A stretch of DNA of 64,000 nucleotides, taken from the NCBI GenBank assembly GCA_030867685.1, contig JAQOWU010000007.1, positions 2,542,001 through 2,606,000 of the forward strand. The letters run 5' to 3'. This document shows, piece after piece, positions 1 through 11,159 of the stretch (positions within the stretch are counted from its first letter, which is position 1; each line of letters starts with the position of its first letter). The DNA is from Wickerhamiella versatilis. Lineage: Eukaryota. The translations under genes and the position numbers were made by a program. The notes beneath the pieces are model-generated. The model saw nothing but the letters and a program-made list of their open reading frames with translations, searched no databases and was not told the origin of the DNA.

Positions 1-212
1 TATATTTTAATAGCAGTTAATTTGCGACCACGGTAGGTTCTCGATATGTAGAACCTTGCAAGAGGTTCGGGAAAGGATTGGGACTTTAGAGGAAGTACAT
101 TGAGTTATTGACCAAGGCTGAATTCGATTAACTGCTGATAGTATCCCCAGGTTGCGAGAGCGAGCTTTCGCCGCCTTAATCTTAAAGAGGTAGCTTAGAT
201 ATATAATAGGTG

Positions 213-950
213 TTAACGCAATAGGCCATGCTGATTTATTTTAAACCACCAGAGTTGATCATCAAAGGCTTTTTCCTTAGCAATTCTGTCAACTCGCTTG
301 GTAGGATCACCACGAACTGCAAAGCCATGGCGGACACCGCTTGCCAACGTAATGTGGTAGAAAACACTATTCTCACGTAAAACTTCCTCAAACTCAACCC
401 TAATTTTCGGTGAGAAAATAGGATCCACCTCCGCTGCGCTGACAAGCAGAGGGCCACTGTCGGATGATAGCCTTTTCAGATCTACCACGTCCACAGAAGA
501 GGGATGGGCAATGGCGCCGGCCTGTAACTCACCACATGCAAGCTGCTTAATGACAAATGGTGCACCATAACAATAACCGATGGCACCAATGAATTTACGA
601 GGAGAACGTTTAACCCAGTTGATAGTAGCTTCAGATAAAGGTAGAGTGTTTGAAATACTATGCTTCTCCTTCCATTCTGGGGTGAGGGTACCACCTGGTC
701 TTAGCGAATCACCCTTAAACAGGTCAGGAACAATAACAAAATAGTTCTCTTTGGCGAAGGAGTCAGCAATCAACTGTGTATTCACGAAGCTATGGCCAAA
801 TATATCAGAATAGATAATGATGACCTGAGAAGCGGATTTGTTGCCGCTTGCATAGGCTTCAATATCTTCGATTCTGATGAATTCACCTAAAGGAGTACCA
901 GTGTGTTTGATGCCTTCTGTGCAACATTTATCGAGAGTTTTGGAGGCCAT
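213..950 (-). CDS. Dienelactone hydrolase family protein (AIM2-like)
   Basis: 245-aa ORF with GYCYG nucleophile motif, DIFG, PDLF, AHPS and HGFAVRGD, typical of fungal DLH proteins. Confidence 0.9.
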   Translation of the reverse strand: MASKTLDKCCTEGIKHTGTPLGEFIRIEDIEAYASGNKSASQVIIIYSDIFGHSFVNTQLIADSFAKENYFVIVPDLFKGDSLRPGGTLTPEWKEKHSISNTLPLSEATINWVKRSPRKFIGAIGYCYGAPFVIKQLACGELQAGAIAHPSSVDVVDLKRLSSDSGPLLVSAAEVDPIFSPKIRVEFEEVLRENSVFYHITLASGVRHGFAVRGDPTKRVDRIAKEKAFDDQLWWFKINQHGLLR

Positions 951-1076
951 TGGGGTCCGACTGGTGTGAATGTGAAGATGTAGTTTTCCTTATTCAACCA
1001 TTTATCGTAAGTTATATGTGTATGATTACATTGCTCCGCCTCCTCCTTGTTCCTCCCGTCCTGCGCTGAGGTTAAC

Positions 1077-1103
1077 TCGGAGTTATCGGAGTTATCGGAG
1101 TTA
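1077..1103. promoter_or_regulatory. 3x TCGGAGTTA tandem (CGG-N6-CGG direct repeats), candidate Zn2Cys6 binding site
   Basis: Perfect 9-bp triple repeat in the short divergent promoter between the DLH and Zn-cluster genes; fits CGGnnnTAnCGG. Confidence 0.45.
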
Positions 1104-1159
1104 TGATAATTGCTTATGAAAACTATGTCTATTGGTAAGCATAATAATTTGCTGATGTC

Positions 1160-2749
1160 ATGCCTCCTATTGCAGCCAGAACTGGCAGCAGGAGGCGTCG
1201 ACACTATGCTTGCGAACGCTGTCGTTCACAAAAATTGAGATGTTATTTTGCTACAAGAACTTCAGTAGCTTGCGCCCGTTGCATTCAGTGTAATGTTGAG
1301 TGCACTGGGCGAGGTAGCTTCGATCAAATTCAGCTACCACAAGGACAAAATCCGGGAGGGTCATCTCTGTTAAACAACTTGCTAGTATTGCGCACGCAGC
1401 TAACCAACTTAGGTGATACTCCGCTTAGAAGAGCAATAGCGGTTGGTGCCTATACTTGGGATGAGGTCGAAGAAATGTATACATTTTTTAGAACATCAAA
1501 TATGTCACTGCTATCGGATATGGGCGATTGGGGATCCATAGTAGAAATAGATACAAAATCCCCTCAGTTTGCTATTGCGATCGTGAGCGTAGTGGCTATG
1601 TCGATATCTTTGCCTGAAGTGCAGAAGCAGCATAGCCGTGAGTTCTTCCTCGGCGAAATCTGGGAGCATGTGCGCTCCGAGAACTCTTGGGACACATTTT
1701 GTGCTCTTGCGGTAATCTGTGGTTACAGATTGCCCTATGCAGAGCTTGGTATTTCGCACTTATATACCCTTAATGGTATTATGGCGGCTCTAAGTGCAAG
1801 ACTAACAGACGCACAGGTTGATCTTATGAGAAAAACATGCATTTCTGTCACGATACCTTATGCATTTCTTGATTCTTTTGTTCCTATTGCCGGACTAATT
1901 CCAGTTGAACACCCCTCGCCTGACAATGACAGTGTTGCATCACAGGTGCTACAAGCATATTATGACTTTAGGAAGTGTGTCAGAGATATAAATGAGGCAC
2001 ATAGCCCATCTGATGCAATAGAAAAATATGAAAAGTCAATGACAATAATTTTCACGTCATTGGCTTATAATTACGAAATTGGTGCCCTTCGCTTTCTCTT
2101 TTTCCTGGTGAAACTCAAGCTAATGAAATCAGTTGCCGTTAAAGTTGCAACTTCCTCCCAGCATAACAAGTTAGAGAGACAAAACCTACGATTTCTCGAA
2201 AGAGTTGTCGCAGAATCAAATGTTTTGGGGCACCAAATAGCTCGCATTTTCGGCAGGCATGCCTCTCACTCCTCTATTTTCCCAACATTCACATTGTTTC
2301 TTATTGAGGACTGTTTAGTTAACTTTCTTGCTATGCGGTTTGTTTCTTTTGCCGCTAAAATTGATGTTGATGTACGAACAGATGACTTCCTTAAGAAGAT
2401 CGAATCTATATGGTCAGACCTCTCTCAGCGAAGTTCTACAGCTCGCCAATGTTTTGTATCATTTGTAAATGTCAGGATTTTGTCTGGTCTCAAAATAGGG
2501 ATCCTTGACCGGTCTACTGGAATAGTTGGTGGATCAGGAATAATGCCATACTTTGAGATATACATCGAGTCCCCTGAATCTCGTTCATTGGAGCTTGCTG
2601 GACGGTTTACGAGCTTAGAAGCCCACGAGATTTTATGTTCTGTTATTTCTGTACCGGAAAATGAAATACCTCCCATCAATGATAGTTCGTGCTTCACAGA
2701 CAAGGGACGGTCTGTTTTGCGGGAAATATTACGAGTTTACACGATATAG
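1160..2749 (+). CDS. Zn(II)2Cys6 transcription factor
   Basis: N-terminal ACERCRSQKLRC...CARCIQCNVEC binuclear cluster in a 529-aa ORF. Confidence 0.9.
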   Translation: MPPIAARTGSRRRRHYACERCRSQKLRCYFATRTSVACARCIQCNVECTGRGSFDQIQLPQGQNPGGSSLLNNLLVLRTQLTNLGDTPLRRAIAVGAYTWDEVEEMYTFFRTSNMSLLSDMGDWGSIVEIDTKSPQFAIAIVSVVAMSISLPEVQKQHSREFFLGEIWEHVRSENSWDTFCALAVICGYRLPYAELGISHLYTLNGIMAALSARLTDAQVDLMRKTCISVTIPYAFLDSFVPIAGLIPVEHPSPDNDSVASQVLQAYYDFRKCVRDINEAHSPSDAIEKYEKSMTIIFTSLAYNYEIGALRFLFFLVKLKLMKSVAVKVATSSQHNKLERQNLRFLERVVAESNVLGHQIARIFGRHASHSSIFPTFTLFLIEDCLVNFLAMRFVSFAAKIDVDVRTDDFLKKIESIWSDLSQRSSTARQCFVSFVNVRILSGLKIGILDRSTGIVGGSGIMPYFEIYIESPESRSLELAGRFTSLEAHEILCSVISVPENEIPPINDSSCFTDKGRSVLREILRVYTI

Positions 2750-3671
2750 TTGGAAAACATGATCACATACCTACTGATAGAGGTTGAACACCCAATTCTA
2801 GAACTGTATACTAAACAATCTTGCATTGAAATATTTTTCCCTGGACGTTCTTGTTGGTGGCAGGAGCAGCAAGCTATGCTAGTGGCCTGACTATGGTCTA
2901 CAACCTGGATGGGATTATTATGGTAAGTTTGGAGTGCATGCTCTGAATAAATTAGGTAATTTGGTATGGAACTATCATCGGCTGTACATAGAATTGGGAC
3001 CAGGAATGAAGCATGAATAATTCGTTCTGGATAGATAAATAAGTCACGAAATGTCCTGAATCGACTTCCCCATGATGATACAGACAGCAAGAGTAATCTA
3101 CATCATGGAGCAAGGGACCTGAAGTTAGCTCGAAAAGTGATGCAATTTGGAGTACAGTTTGAAGTGCCGATTCAGAAAAGAGAAGGGATTTCCATATATG
3201 TAGACGAAAACAGCCAGACCACTATATTTATCTGATCTCTTTTGGGCATTAAGTCAGAGACCACAACGCCATCTTATTGATAGTCATATATAGATTTAGC
3301 AATCAAAAATATCACAGAAACAAAGCGTCTTTTTTCTCTTTTCTCTTAGAAGCGTTTATAATTTTAGTCACAGCCCAAACCCAACCCACATAATATTACC
3401 AAGCGCACAAGTACGTTATGTTTTACATAGCTCGATTACGCAATGATACTTTGTATAACATCGTACTCTTACTATATCACATTACTACAACGTCATCTAT
3501 CCTTTACCTGCAACAATCACCCCTGGTGTAAGTATTTAATGACATGATGTCAACTTAGCGATGTTGCAATAAGCAGCTATTCTGGACAGGCTTCCAAAAA
3601 AAACCCCGCTCATTCTTGCAAGATATTAGTCCTAGGTAGATATTATATGATGCTATAGCACACTGGTACCT

Positions 3672-3719
3672 GCCCACTTCACTACCTGAGACTGGTTGGG
3701 CACTGCAAGATAGCCCACT
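3672..3719 (+). repeat. 41-bp dispersed repeat, full copy with upstream tandem junction
   Basis: gcccacttcactacctgagactggttgggcactgcaagatagcccact. Confidence 0.95.
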
Positions 3720-4097
3720 GTCAGAATGGAAAGACTAATAAAAACGAAAAGCAATTCATAATTATTGTAAACGTTTGAAGATAGTGGGCTGGGCCAATTC
3801 CCTGAAATCGCTAGAAAGTTTAATGTTGTATGTCGTTATCATAATATTACCTCGTAAATCATATGTATGAAAAACACCTGGGAAAACACATTCGTATAAA
3901 ATTCTCTATTGACTAGTTTTGCGATTTGAACGGTGTTTGTTAGAACTGGTTTATCTTACTTTTTCCAACCAGTATTAGGTGGTAAGTATGTCACTGATAA
4001 CTGATAAATCATATACAGCTCTACTCTAGCATTAGCTAATTTTCTCTCCATGTTCATATAGTTGACAGGTGCCAGAGTAGTTTGCAGTGGTGAAGCT

Positions 4098-4430
4098 CTA
4101 TGTCGCTGTTGCGTCATCGGCATTGGAAGATAGGAATGCTAGAGATTTTAAAAGTAGCAGCATGATACAAACTGCATAAAAATATTTCAGAGAATATACC
4201 AGCGTCGCCACTACATTACTACCCACAAGGATAACAAGGAGCCATACGGGGATCTGTAATGTTAGTTTCAGAGCCAATACTTTTCTGATATGGTCAAGCA
4301 TATTGTTAATGTGACAGCTCTAAAGGAGCAGTATGAGTATTATATGTGCTGAGTAAACAGGTATAGCGAATACAGCAAAGATCAGCGCCCACCAAATATA
4401 ATAGTGTTCACTTAGGCTTTGAATTCTCAT
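4098..4430 (-). pseudogene. Small hydrophobic membrane-protein ORF with one in-frame TAG
   Basis: ATG at 4430 (MRIQSLSEHYYIWWALIFAVFAIP...) is in frame with the 4098-4301 ORF across a single stop; several hydrophobic segments. Confidence 0.4.
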
Positions 4431-4598
4431 TGGCTTGCAAATTAGGCCACATCAGTCTACCTAGTGCAGGTAAATTGTGAGCCATACACGGCTCCTTTTT
4501 TTTCCGCGTTGTAGGGAAAGTGAACCCAAAGATTGATCAATCAAAGCTGGCTTCTCTTCTTAGTCATTGTGTGATCACCGTGACAATGCAGGGCACTG

Positions 4599-4630
4599 CA
4601 CTACCTGTGACTGGTTGGACAACGCAAGAT
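4599..4630 (+). repeat. 41-bp dispersed repeat copy
   Basis: cactacctgtgactggttggacaacgcaagat. Confidence 0.9.
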
Positions 4631-4893
4631 GACCTCTGCTTCGGTTGACTTGTCAATAGAAACCCACAATTAGACCTAGTAAAATTATATAGTGAACCAA
4701 ATATGCCTTGTTTTTTGCGGTATAGAAGAGGTAAACGCAAGAAACTGATCAAAGTGGGGGGTATATGCTTATTTATCACGTAATCAGCATGTCAGCTATT
4801 GCAATCACATGCATATATTTTGAATTAAAATTGACAATCTTTAAAAGGACGCTGAATTTGCTGTTGTGCGTCTATTACTATATTCAATTCGGT

Positions 4894-5244
4894 ATGAATC
4901 TCTCTTGTCTTGCTTCTCTTATCTTCTGTGTTTGTTCAATAGCCTCTGCTGTGCCCACCAGCAAAGATGCGAATGACAAAGTTTCGCATTTTGTTGATGG
5001 TGTAGAAATGAAGGCATTGCTAGCACTTTATGACAGTGAATATATTGGTAAGCCTGTCGATGGGCTGCAGTCAATTTCTTACAGCTATATTCCAGCAAAT
5101 GCTACGCCCGAAGACATCTCAACCATAGTGGGGAATAAAGGTGTCAGAGTAGTGGAGCAGTATGGCAACGAATTAGAGAAAAGAAAAATATGTTGCACAG
5201 TGAGTATATGCAGTGTTGAGGTTATCAAAGTTTGCATTGGTTAA
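4894..5244 (+). CDS. Small secreted prepro-protein with Kex2-type site and Cys-rich 19-aa C-terminal peptide
   Basis: MNLSCLASLIFCVCSIASAVP signal-like N-terminus; ends ...ELEKR/KICCTVSICSVEVIKVCIG. The ATG at 4894 is preferred over 4765. Confidence 0.7.
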   Translation: MNLSCLASLIFCVCSIASAVPTSKDANDKVSHFVDGVEMKALLALYDSEYIGKPVDGLQSISYSYIPANATPEDISTIVGNKGVRVVEQYGNELEKRKICCTVSICSVEVIKVCIG

Positions 5245-5308
5245 GCAAGACTGATGATGTAGCTTTTTTCCTTCGGGTTTTTTTTGTATAGCTTAGACTT
5301 CAGTTCCA

Positions 5309-5333
5309 GTTGGACAATGCAAGATAGCCCACT
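5309..5333 (+). repeat. 41-bp dispersed repeat, right part
   Basis: gttggacaatgcaagatagcccact, perfect match. Confidence 0.9.
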
Positions 5334-5522
5334 CCATGACGAGAATCTTGGCCAAATTCGAGCTGAAATTTGATTAGTGGTTATAACAATGACATTTTGC
5401 TGGTTACCAAGCTTACCAACCCTGCAGGTCGAGCATTTCATTATATAAGCAGTATATCATTTATAATCATATATACGAATATACAGAATTGTGTGGGCTA
5501 CAAATCACGCTGATTGCATATA

Positions 5523-5897
5523 AGGGGTAGTTTGATTTTGAATAAATTTGAAATTGTTACTGGCGCAAACGAAGGTATTGGTTATGCCATGACCAAGCGC
5601 TTCGTCGAAGAAGGTGCTACCGCAGTTTTCATAACTGGCCCGAGATCAGACAAATAGGGGAAAGCTGCATCTGATATAGGTGAAGGAATTGTTCCAATTG
5701 CCGCATATTCGTCTGATGCCGCACGTCTTGATAAAGTATTCCGAGCTATCCAAGAATAACAAGGGAAGTTAGATGTCGTTTTTGTGAATGCAGGAGTTAC
5801 AAATATGGTTCCGCTTGGTACTGTACCTGAAGATTCTATGGATGCACTGTATTCTATAAACGTGACGGGTGTAGTCGCACATATAGAGAACTACTAA
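5523..5897 (+). pseudogene. Bacterial-type short-chain dehydrogenase relic (N-terminal half)
   Basis: Manual translation gives IVTGANEGIGYAMTKRFVEEGA...GKLDVVFVNAG; start ATG>AGG, two in-frame stops, truncated. Not in the ORF track. Confidence 0.85.
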
Positions 5898-6040
5898 TTA
5901 TAAGTCCATACTTATTTTCGTTAGCTCAAATGACTTCTATAGGCAGCTAGAGAACTAGAAGGAATTATTTAGTTGTAAAATAATAATAATTGATTTATAT
6001 TTTGAAAAAATTAGCTATTTGACTTTGAGTCGATTATAAT

Positions 6041-8509
6041 TCAAAAAAACAAAATTGGAACTACAAAGGCAATCAGAAACTGTAATGTAGGACCTACATG
6101 AGTTCCAGCATTGCTCAGTTCTGGAAGGTTTGCAAAAGATTCAGTTGGAGATCCAGTAAATGCTGATCCGCCTGATGTTGGTCCACCTTTCATTTCAGAG
6201 CTAAGCTCTTGGCGAGCCATCGATGGCTGCGCCATTTTCGTTGGGAGGGATGGCGTAGGTATTTCTGTATGTATAATAGATTCAGTTGGAGATTCAGTAA
6301 ATGCTGATCCACCTTTTAATCCAGAGCTATGCTCTTTGCCAGTCATAGATGGCTGCGCCGTTTCCGTTGAGAGTGATGGCGTGGGTATATCTGTACCTGT
6401 AGGCTTGGTCCCCTCTCGCTCTAAAGTAGTTGTGGCCGAATTTGTGGTCGTACGACTAAGAGTACAAGGGCAGTCAGTTACTGTGATGGTCTCGCCGCCA
6501 GTAGCAGTATATGTAACACCATTGGTGCTAAATTTCGTGGATGATGGGCACACTGTGGTGAATGACGAAACTATTGTCGTGAAAGGAGACATAATTTCAG
6601 TAGAGCTCGAAGGAATGCTCTCGGTGACCGGCCACTTGGCTGTTGGCTCACCAGAGAGCTGAGCAGCAGACGTACTACTTTGTGGCTGGCTAGGAGAGAA
6701 CCCAGCCTGACTGTTGTCCAAGTAGGAAGTCGAACTACTGGAAGCTATCTGGCTAGCAGTACTTTTGGGTGTTGTTTCCTTACTAGAAGTGGTAGAAATA
6801 TGCGACCCCAGTGGAGTGGACGAGGCTTCAACTAGACTGCTGGACCCCGTTTCCACACTCGATTCGGAAATATTTCTCCAAGACCTAATTGAAGCCATAC
6901 CAGAAGATTTTAAAATTGGTTGAGTTGAGAGCCCTGTTGGATTGATTTCTGGCACAGTGCTAATTAGAGATGAAGAAGGCAAATTAGTTGAATGAGAACT
7001 CAAGATGGTGCTACCGCTGGGTAATTTGGAGGACCGGCTAGCCATTACACTGACCTTCGATGTAGAAGTTTGCGATGATTTGGTAGTTACATGTGATGAC
7101 TTCGTGCTAGACGAAGCTAATGAAGGCAAAGTTACACTCATCTTACTCGTTATCGATGAACTACCCGTGTTTTTTTGAGAACGCGTGGACACATTGCTCC
7201 TATAACTTGAGCTTGACTTGGTTGATGTAGGTGGTGGGATACTTTTTGAAGAAACAACAGAACTAGAAAGAGACGAAGTCGGGTGCGAAATTTGTGAACT
7301 TGTAGAGGAATTCGTGTAATTACATTGATTAGGGTATCTGCGATCATCAAATGGTTGAGGAAACATACCATATTCGATCATAAGACCTAGATCGATAGAT
7401 ATGCGGTCCTCTGTCTTGTACGTCCAAAACACCCATCCTTGTCCGCTGTACTCGAATGCGTCAAGCTGGGCTTCAATGAACCTACGCGTATCATCCCGAT
7501 ACTCCTGTGACCAGTAGTCGGAGTTGATATCAAGAACACCTTCACAACCCGAGAGACCCTCTGAATACTGTGCAAGAATCCTTTCACACTCAGACCTCGT
7601 CCCTGAGAATTCTCCTACAAAGTGATGTCTAGGGTCATGAGAAAACCAAATTGGAGCATACTTGCAGACCTCTGGAACATTTTCAGAAGGTGGGTTAGCA
7701 CCTGTAAGGTTGGTGGTTGAAATATCATACCAATGGTAATCGACAGCAATTCTTTTGTTATCGAGAAACCAATTGTTCGGATCAGGAGCACCATCCCCAA
7801 AATCGTTCATTACAGGACTTATATTTTCGGGAATCACATCCATGGCTCGTTCATAGTATGAATGCAAGCTATCAAAGAATTTATCTGTGAAATTTGTTTC
7901 CCTGAAAATAATTCCGAAAGGAGCATCCAGTGGAGATAGGGGCTCATTAAGAAGCTCTATACCTGTTAAAACCCCTTGCCACTTTGTTGTGGCATTTCCA
8001 ACGATTCTGCGGACAACTTCGACAGTATCGTCAATATAAGCAGGAGTCTCAGCCCAAATTCCACTAGAGTCACCAAGATTCTCAAAATTTTCCCACCCAG
8101 GAGCTACGTGAATATCAAGCACTACCTGTATACCATATTCACGGGCCCACTCCATAGCTAGATCAATATACGGCAGCTGACCATCAATATACGGGTCATC
8201 ATCGCGTAAAAGGAAGGCGTAATAACCAACTGGCAGGCGAATAAAATTAATGCCCCACGAGGCCATTCTCTCAAAGTCAGACTTCTGAATGAAGTTCTTC
8301 CAATGCGGCTCAAGGACCTCCCGAGAACGTTCTTTCCCAAGACTCCTGGTTAAGGTGTATTCTGAAAGGGCTGAAGTACCATTGAATAGCGAAGGTGTTA
8401 AGAAAAACTCCACAGTGAGCCACGACCCGAGGGATACCCCTCTTATAGGCGTGCTATAGTCGATTAAGGCACTTGATACAGAAAATAAAGCAAATAGTAT
8501 TTTCCACAT
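6041..8509 (-). CDS. GH5 exo-beta-1,3-glucanase-like protein with Ser/Thr stalk and GPI signal
   Basis: Signal peptide, IRGVSLGSWL, IRLPVGY, IELLNEP, VGEFS, GWVFWTYKTE; Ser/Thr-rich tail with a TTVCP...TDCPC motif; hydrophobic C-terminus. Confidence 0.9.
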   Translation of the reverse strand: MWKILFALFSVSSALIDYSTPIRGVSLGSWLTVEFFLTPSLFNGTSALSEYTLTRSLGKERSREVLEPHWKNFIQKSDFERMASWGINFIRLPVGYYAFLLRDDDPYIDGQLPYIDLAMEWAREYGIQVVLDIHVAPGWENFENLGDSSGIWAETPAYIDDTVEVVRRIVGNATTKWQGVLTGIELLNEPLSPLDAPFGIIFRETNFTDKFFDSLHSYYERAMDVIPENISPVMNDFGDGAPDPNNWFLDNKRIAVDYHWYDISTTNLTGANPPSENVPEVCKYAPIWFSHDPRHHFVGEFSGTRSECERILAQYSEGLSGCEGVLDINSDYWSQEYRDDTRRFIEAQLDAFEYSGQGWVFWTYKTEDRISIDLGLMIEYGMFPQPFDDRRYPNQCNYTNSSTSSQISHPTSSLSSSVVSSKSIPPPTSTKSSSSYRSNVSTRSQKNTGSSSITSKMSVTLPSLASSSTKSSHVTTKSSQTSTSKVSVMASRSSKLPSGSTILSSHSTNLPSSSLISTVPEINPTGLSTQPILKSSGMASIRSWRNISESSVETGSSSLVEASSTPLGSHISTTSSKETTPKSTASQIASSSSTSYLDNSQAGFSPSQPQSSTSAAQLSGEPTAKWPVTESIPSSSTEIMSPFTTIVSSFTTVCPSSTKFSTNGVTYTATGGETITVTDCPCTLSRTTTNSATTTLEREGTKPTGTDIPTPSLSTETAQPSMTGKEHSSGLKGGSAFTESPTESIIHTEIPTPSLPTKMAQPSMARQELSSEMKGGPTSGGSAFTGSPTESFANLPELSNAGTHVGPTLQFLIAFVVPILFF
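6138..6394. repeat. Intragenic tandem duplication (2 copies of ~120-135 bp) in the glucanase stalk
   Basis: TDIPTPSL..AQPSM..KGGSAFTESPTES occurs twice in the protein. Confidence 0.8.
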
Positions 8510-10024
8510 CAAGAAAACGAACGTGTGCAGGAACCTGCTTTTTGATAACGGAAGGAGCTGTCACGAAAGGTGCTATGATATGACTGTAAGCGTGAAGTGA
8601 TCATGATCATCAAGGCTAGGGCGACTTTCGCTCGGAAAAGACCGAGACTGGGCTCCCGTTCATTTAGGACACTATATAGGACAAGCTTGCGTGTCATAAA
8701 CAATATGCACGTCATGAAAGTGATTTAAGACGATAGGTGGCAAGGCACCCTATTGACCATCTATGCAGCTAATAGCGGTATGTCGGAATTTAAGTGTTAT
8801 TAATCCGCTATTGCACATCAATAATATGTAATCAAATAGAATATGTTGAGCGTGCGGTTAAACAGAAGTAGTTCGTAACTGAGAGGAAAGCTACGTGGAA
8901 AATGCAAAATATTCCTCTGACACCATAACGCTGTGATCAGTATCGCGACTATGAAGTTAAAGGCTCAATCAAAATACCTAAGGTTTCTCTTCTCATGAAA
9001 GAACGCCTGTCCGTAAAACCCTAGCGTAAACCAAAGAAAACCCCTGGTACAAAATAATTACTGGCCAACACAAAATTTAGGCCATATGCAGGATCACAGC
9101 ATTTACTTGGACTGCTAGTCTAATCATATATTCCTTTTTTGAAATACTCTGCATCCGTAAATTACGCAAAGACAAGTAGGTTATATATACATATATATAA
9201 GCTGCACTGCAAGACAAAGTACTCTTTAAACCGGCAAAAGTTATCAAAGCTAATAACAATAGTGGTAGTCGCAGCCGCATGGTGATGCGCGTACTTTCAG
9301 GGAATTGCTTTGAACATTATAGAGATGATAGTACTAAGCGCATTGGGTAGAATTTCAATATTATACGATTTTATGAAGATCCAACTACCTATGGCTCCTT
9401 ATGATTATCATCCCTAGCTGTGCGTGTGTATCATCAGCCGTATTGACATCCAGTATTGAAATATGTTAGTAATGCCTGTTGTTGGTCGCCAAACGAAAAA
9501 GATATGTCTGAAACTGGTTGTACCATTGAACGTATGGTTGTATTTTAAGCTGAAATTCTTGATGTATTTTATCCTCTGTGATTCTCTTTTCATGCCTCGA
9601 TGACAGTATGAAATAATAAGGTTCTAAATAAGATTACATAATGCTACGTCATAGTATGCGTTAATTATAGGTTGGACGATATATTTATATAGGATATACT
9701 TTAATACATGTGATTACGAATCTCGTATTCAGGCTTATTGCTTGCATTGCATTTCAGCTCATGACTTTCTTGACTAGCACTATCGTAGCCTATCGATCAA
9801 CACATAACTAGACGGCTTTAGGGAAAAAAAATTCTTTTCAAGCAGATTCCGCCTAAACAATACTGCGTCTTTCAATCCATATTCTAACATAGTTGCTGTA
9901 AAGCTTACATTCTGGAGGCCCATATCTCCAAAATTATAAGAAATTGACTTGGAAAATGTATATATGGTCTGTGGGCATCAAAATGATAATATTAATACGA
10001 AATTTAAATCCCGAAACCGAGGAT

Positions 10025-10441
10025 TTATTCACCTATACACGCGAGAGGGATATCTGTGATCGATTCACAGATTCCAGCGGCCAGAGCATCTAAAAGAAGA
10101 GAAGCGGGTATTGAGAGGGGATTTATCGCATCAAGCACAATTGGGATAAGCTTTGGGCCAAGCAACACGCTGACACCCAAATTCACCACTGAAGTAGTCA
10201 CAAACGCTACAGGGAGCCCTGCCGATAATAGTAAAGTTACTGTTACTACCGCTGGTGCAGCCAGACTCGCTCCAATTTCCAATTGCATAACAGAGCTTAC
10301 TGCTGCTGCCCCTGAGGCACCTATACCTGCAGTCAGTGCTGCTCCTGTCAATGCGGTGATCCCCGTGTCTGTTGCTGCTTTCGTCACTATCGCAATACCA
10401 CCTACTAGTGCAGTGGTACCGACCACTCTAGCAGCTACCAT
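10025..10441 (-). CDS. Ala/Gly/Val-rich hydrophobic orphan ORF, possibly the 3' part of a disrupted gene
   Basis: 138-aa ATG ORF starting 2 bp from a repeat fragment; no recognised family. Confidence 0.4.
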   Translation of the reverse strand: MVAARVVGTTALVGGIAIVTKAATDTGITALTGAALTAGIGASGAAAVSSVMQLEIGASLAAPAVVTVTLLLSAGLPVAFVTTSVVNLGVSVLLGPKLIPIVLDAINPLSIPASLLLDALAAGICESITDIPLACIGE

Positions 10442-10442
10442 A

Positions 10443-10517
10443 GCAAGATAGCCACTCGTATATTGGATCGGTGATATTTGCCTCTTGTAATAGTATAATT
10501 AGCAGCCATCTGGTGTA
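10443..10517 (+). repeat. ~75-bp segment duplicated at 15061-15136, beginning with a repeat fragment
   Basis: gcaagatagc(c)cactcg...attggatcggtgat...tagtataattagcagccatctggtgta at both sites. Confidence 0.9.
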
Positions 10518-11159
10518 ACATCCGTGCTGAAAACTTTATGTAAAACCATATGTGGCCTTTCTCTGATATAGATAAGAGCAGAAGCAGCAAGCACAGAGAA
10601 AACCCCTAGCAGGCTGATCAAGCTAAGAGATTCAAGAGTGATATTTGGGGAAATTGCATTAGGCCTATCAGAAATAGCTTTGATCAACTCGCTTCCAGTT
10701 ACTTTTTTTTTGCATATTATTCAGGAGCTTGTCGGCTCATCGAATTGCCTGGCGCGTCTAGAAAGTCTTATTAGTTCAGCAATGTTCTGCAAATATACAC
10801 TCTATATTCAAAGCCAATCATCCATGAAAGGGTTCCTATTATATTACTCAGCTTGTCAGTAGCTCCTAAAATGTCATTGACACCATTGTATATGATGAGT
10901 TCGACAGCTATACTAGTGCTATATGCAATTTGTACCTCAGCTTATGAGATGTTAACCAGGTATTCTCAACAATGAAGAGTTAGATCTAGGAAATTGCCTT
11001 GTTATGTAATCAAGGTATCGCCGGTGTCGGAATTCAATATATCTTCGGTATATTTTGCGTCGTTGCGACAGTCGTTGATGATAAGATGGCATGTGAGCTA
11101 TAAATATAGTCAATATATGAATCTTAGTTATTCAAATATTCAACACAGCAAGGATATCG

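Noticed and set aside
2750-3250. Possible degraded coding sequence downstream of the first TF (also 50570-51100)
   Set aside because: The frames I translated contain multiple stops and show no recognisable family.
6111-6662. 183-aa + strand ORF and many similar antisense ORFs (e.g. 10056-10451, 25220-25669)
   Set aside because: Shadows of opposite-strand ORFs with biased codons; mostly non-ATG starts.
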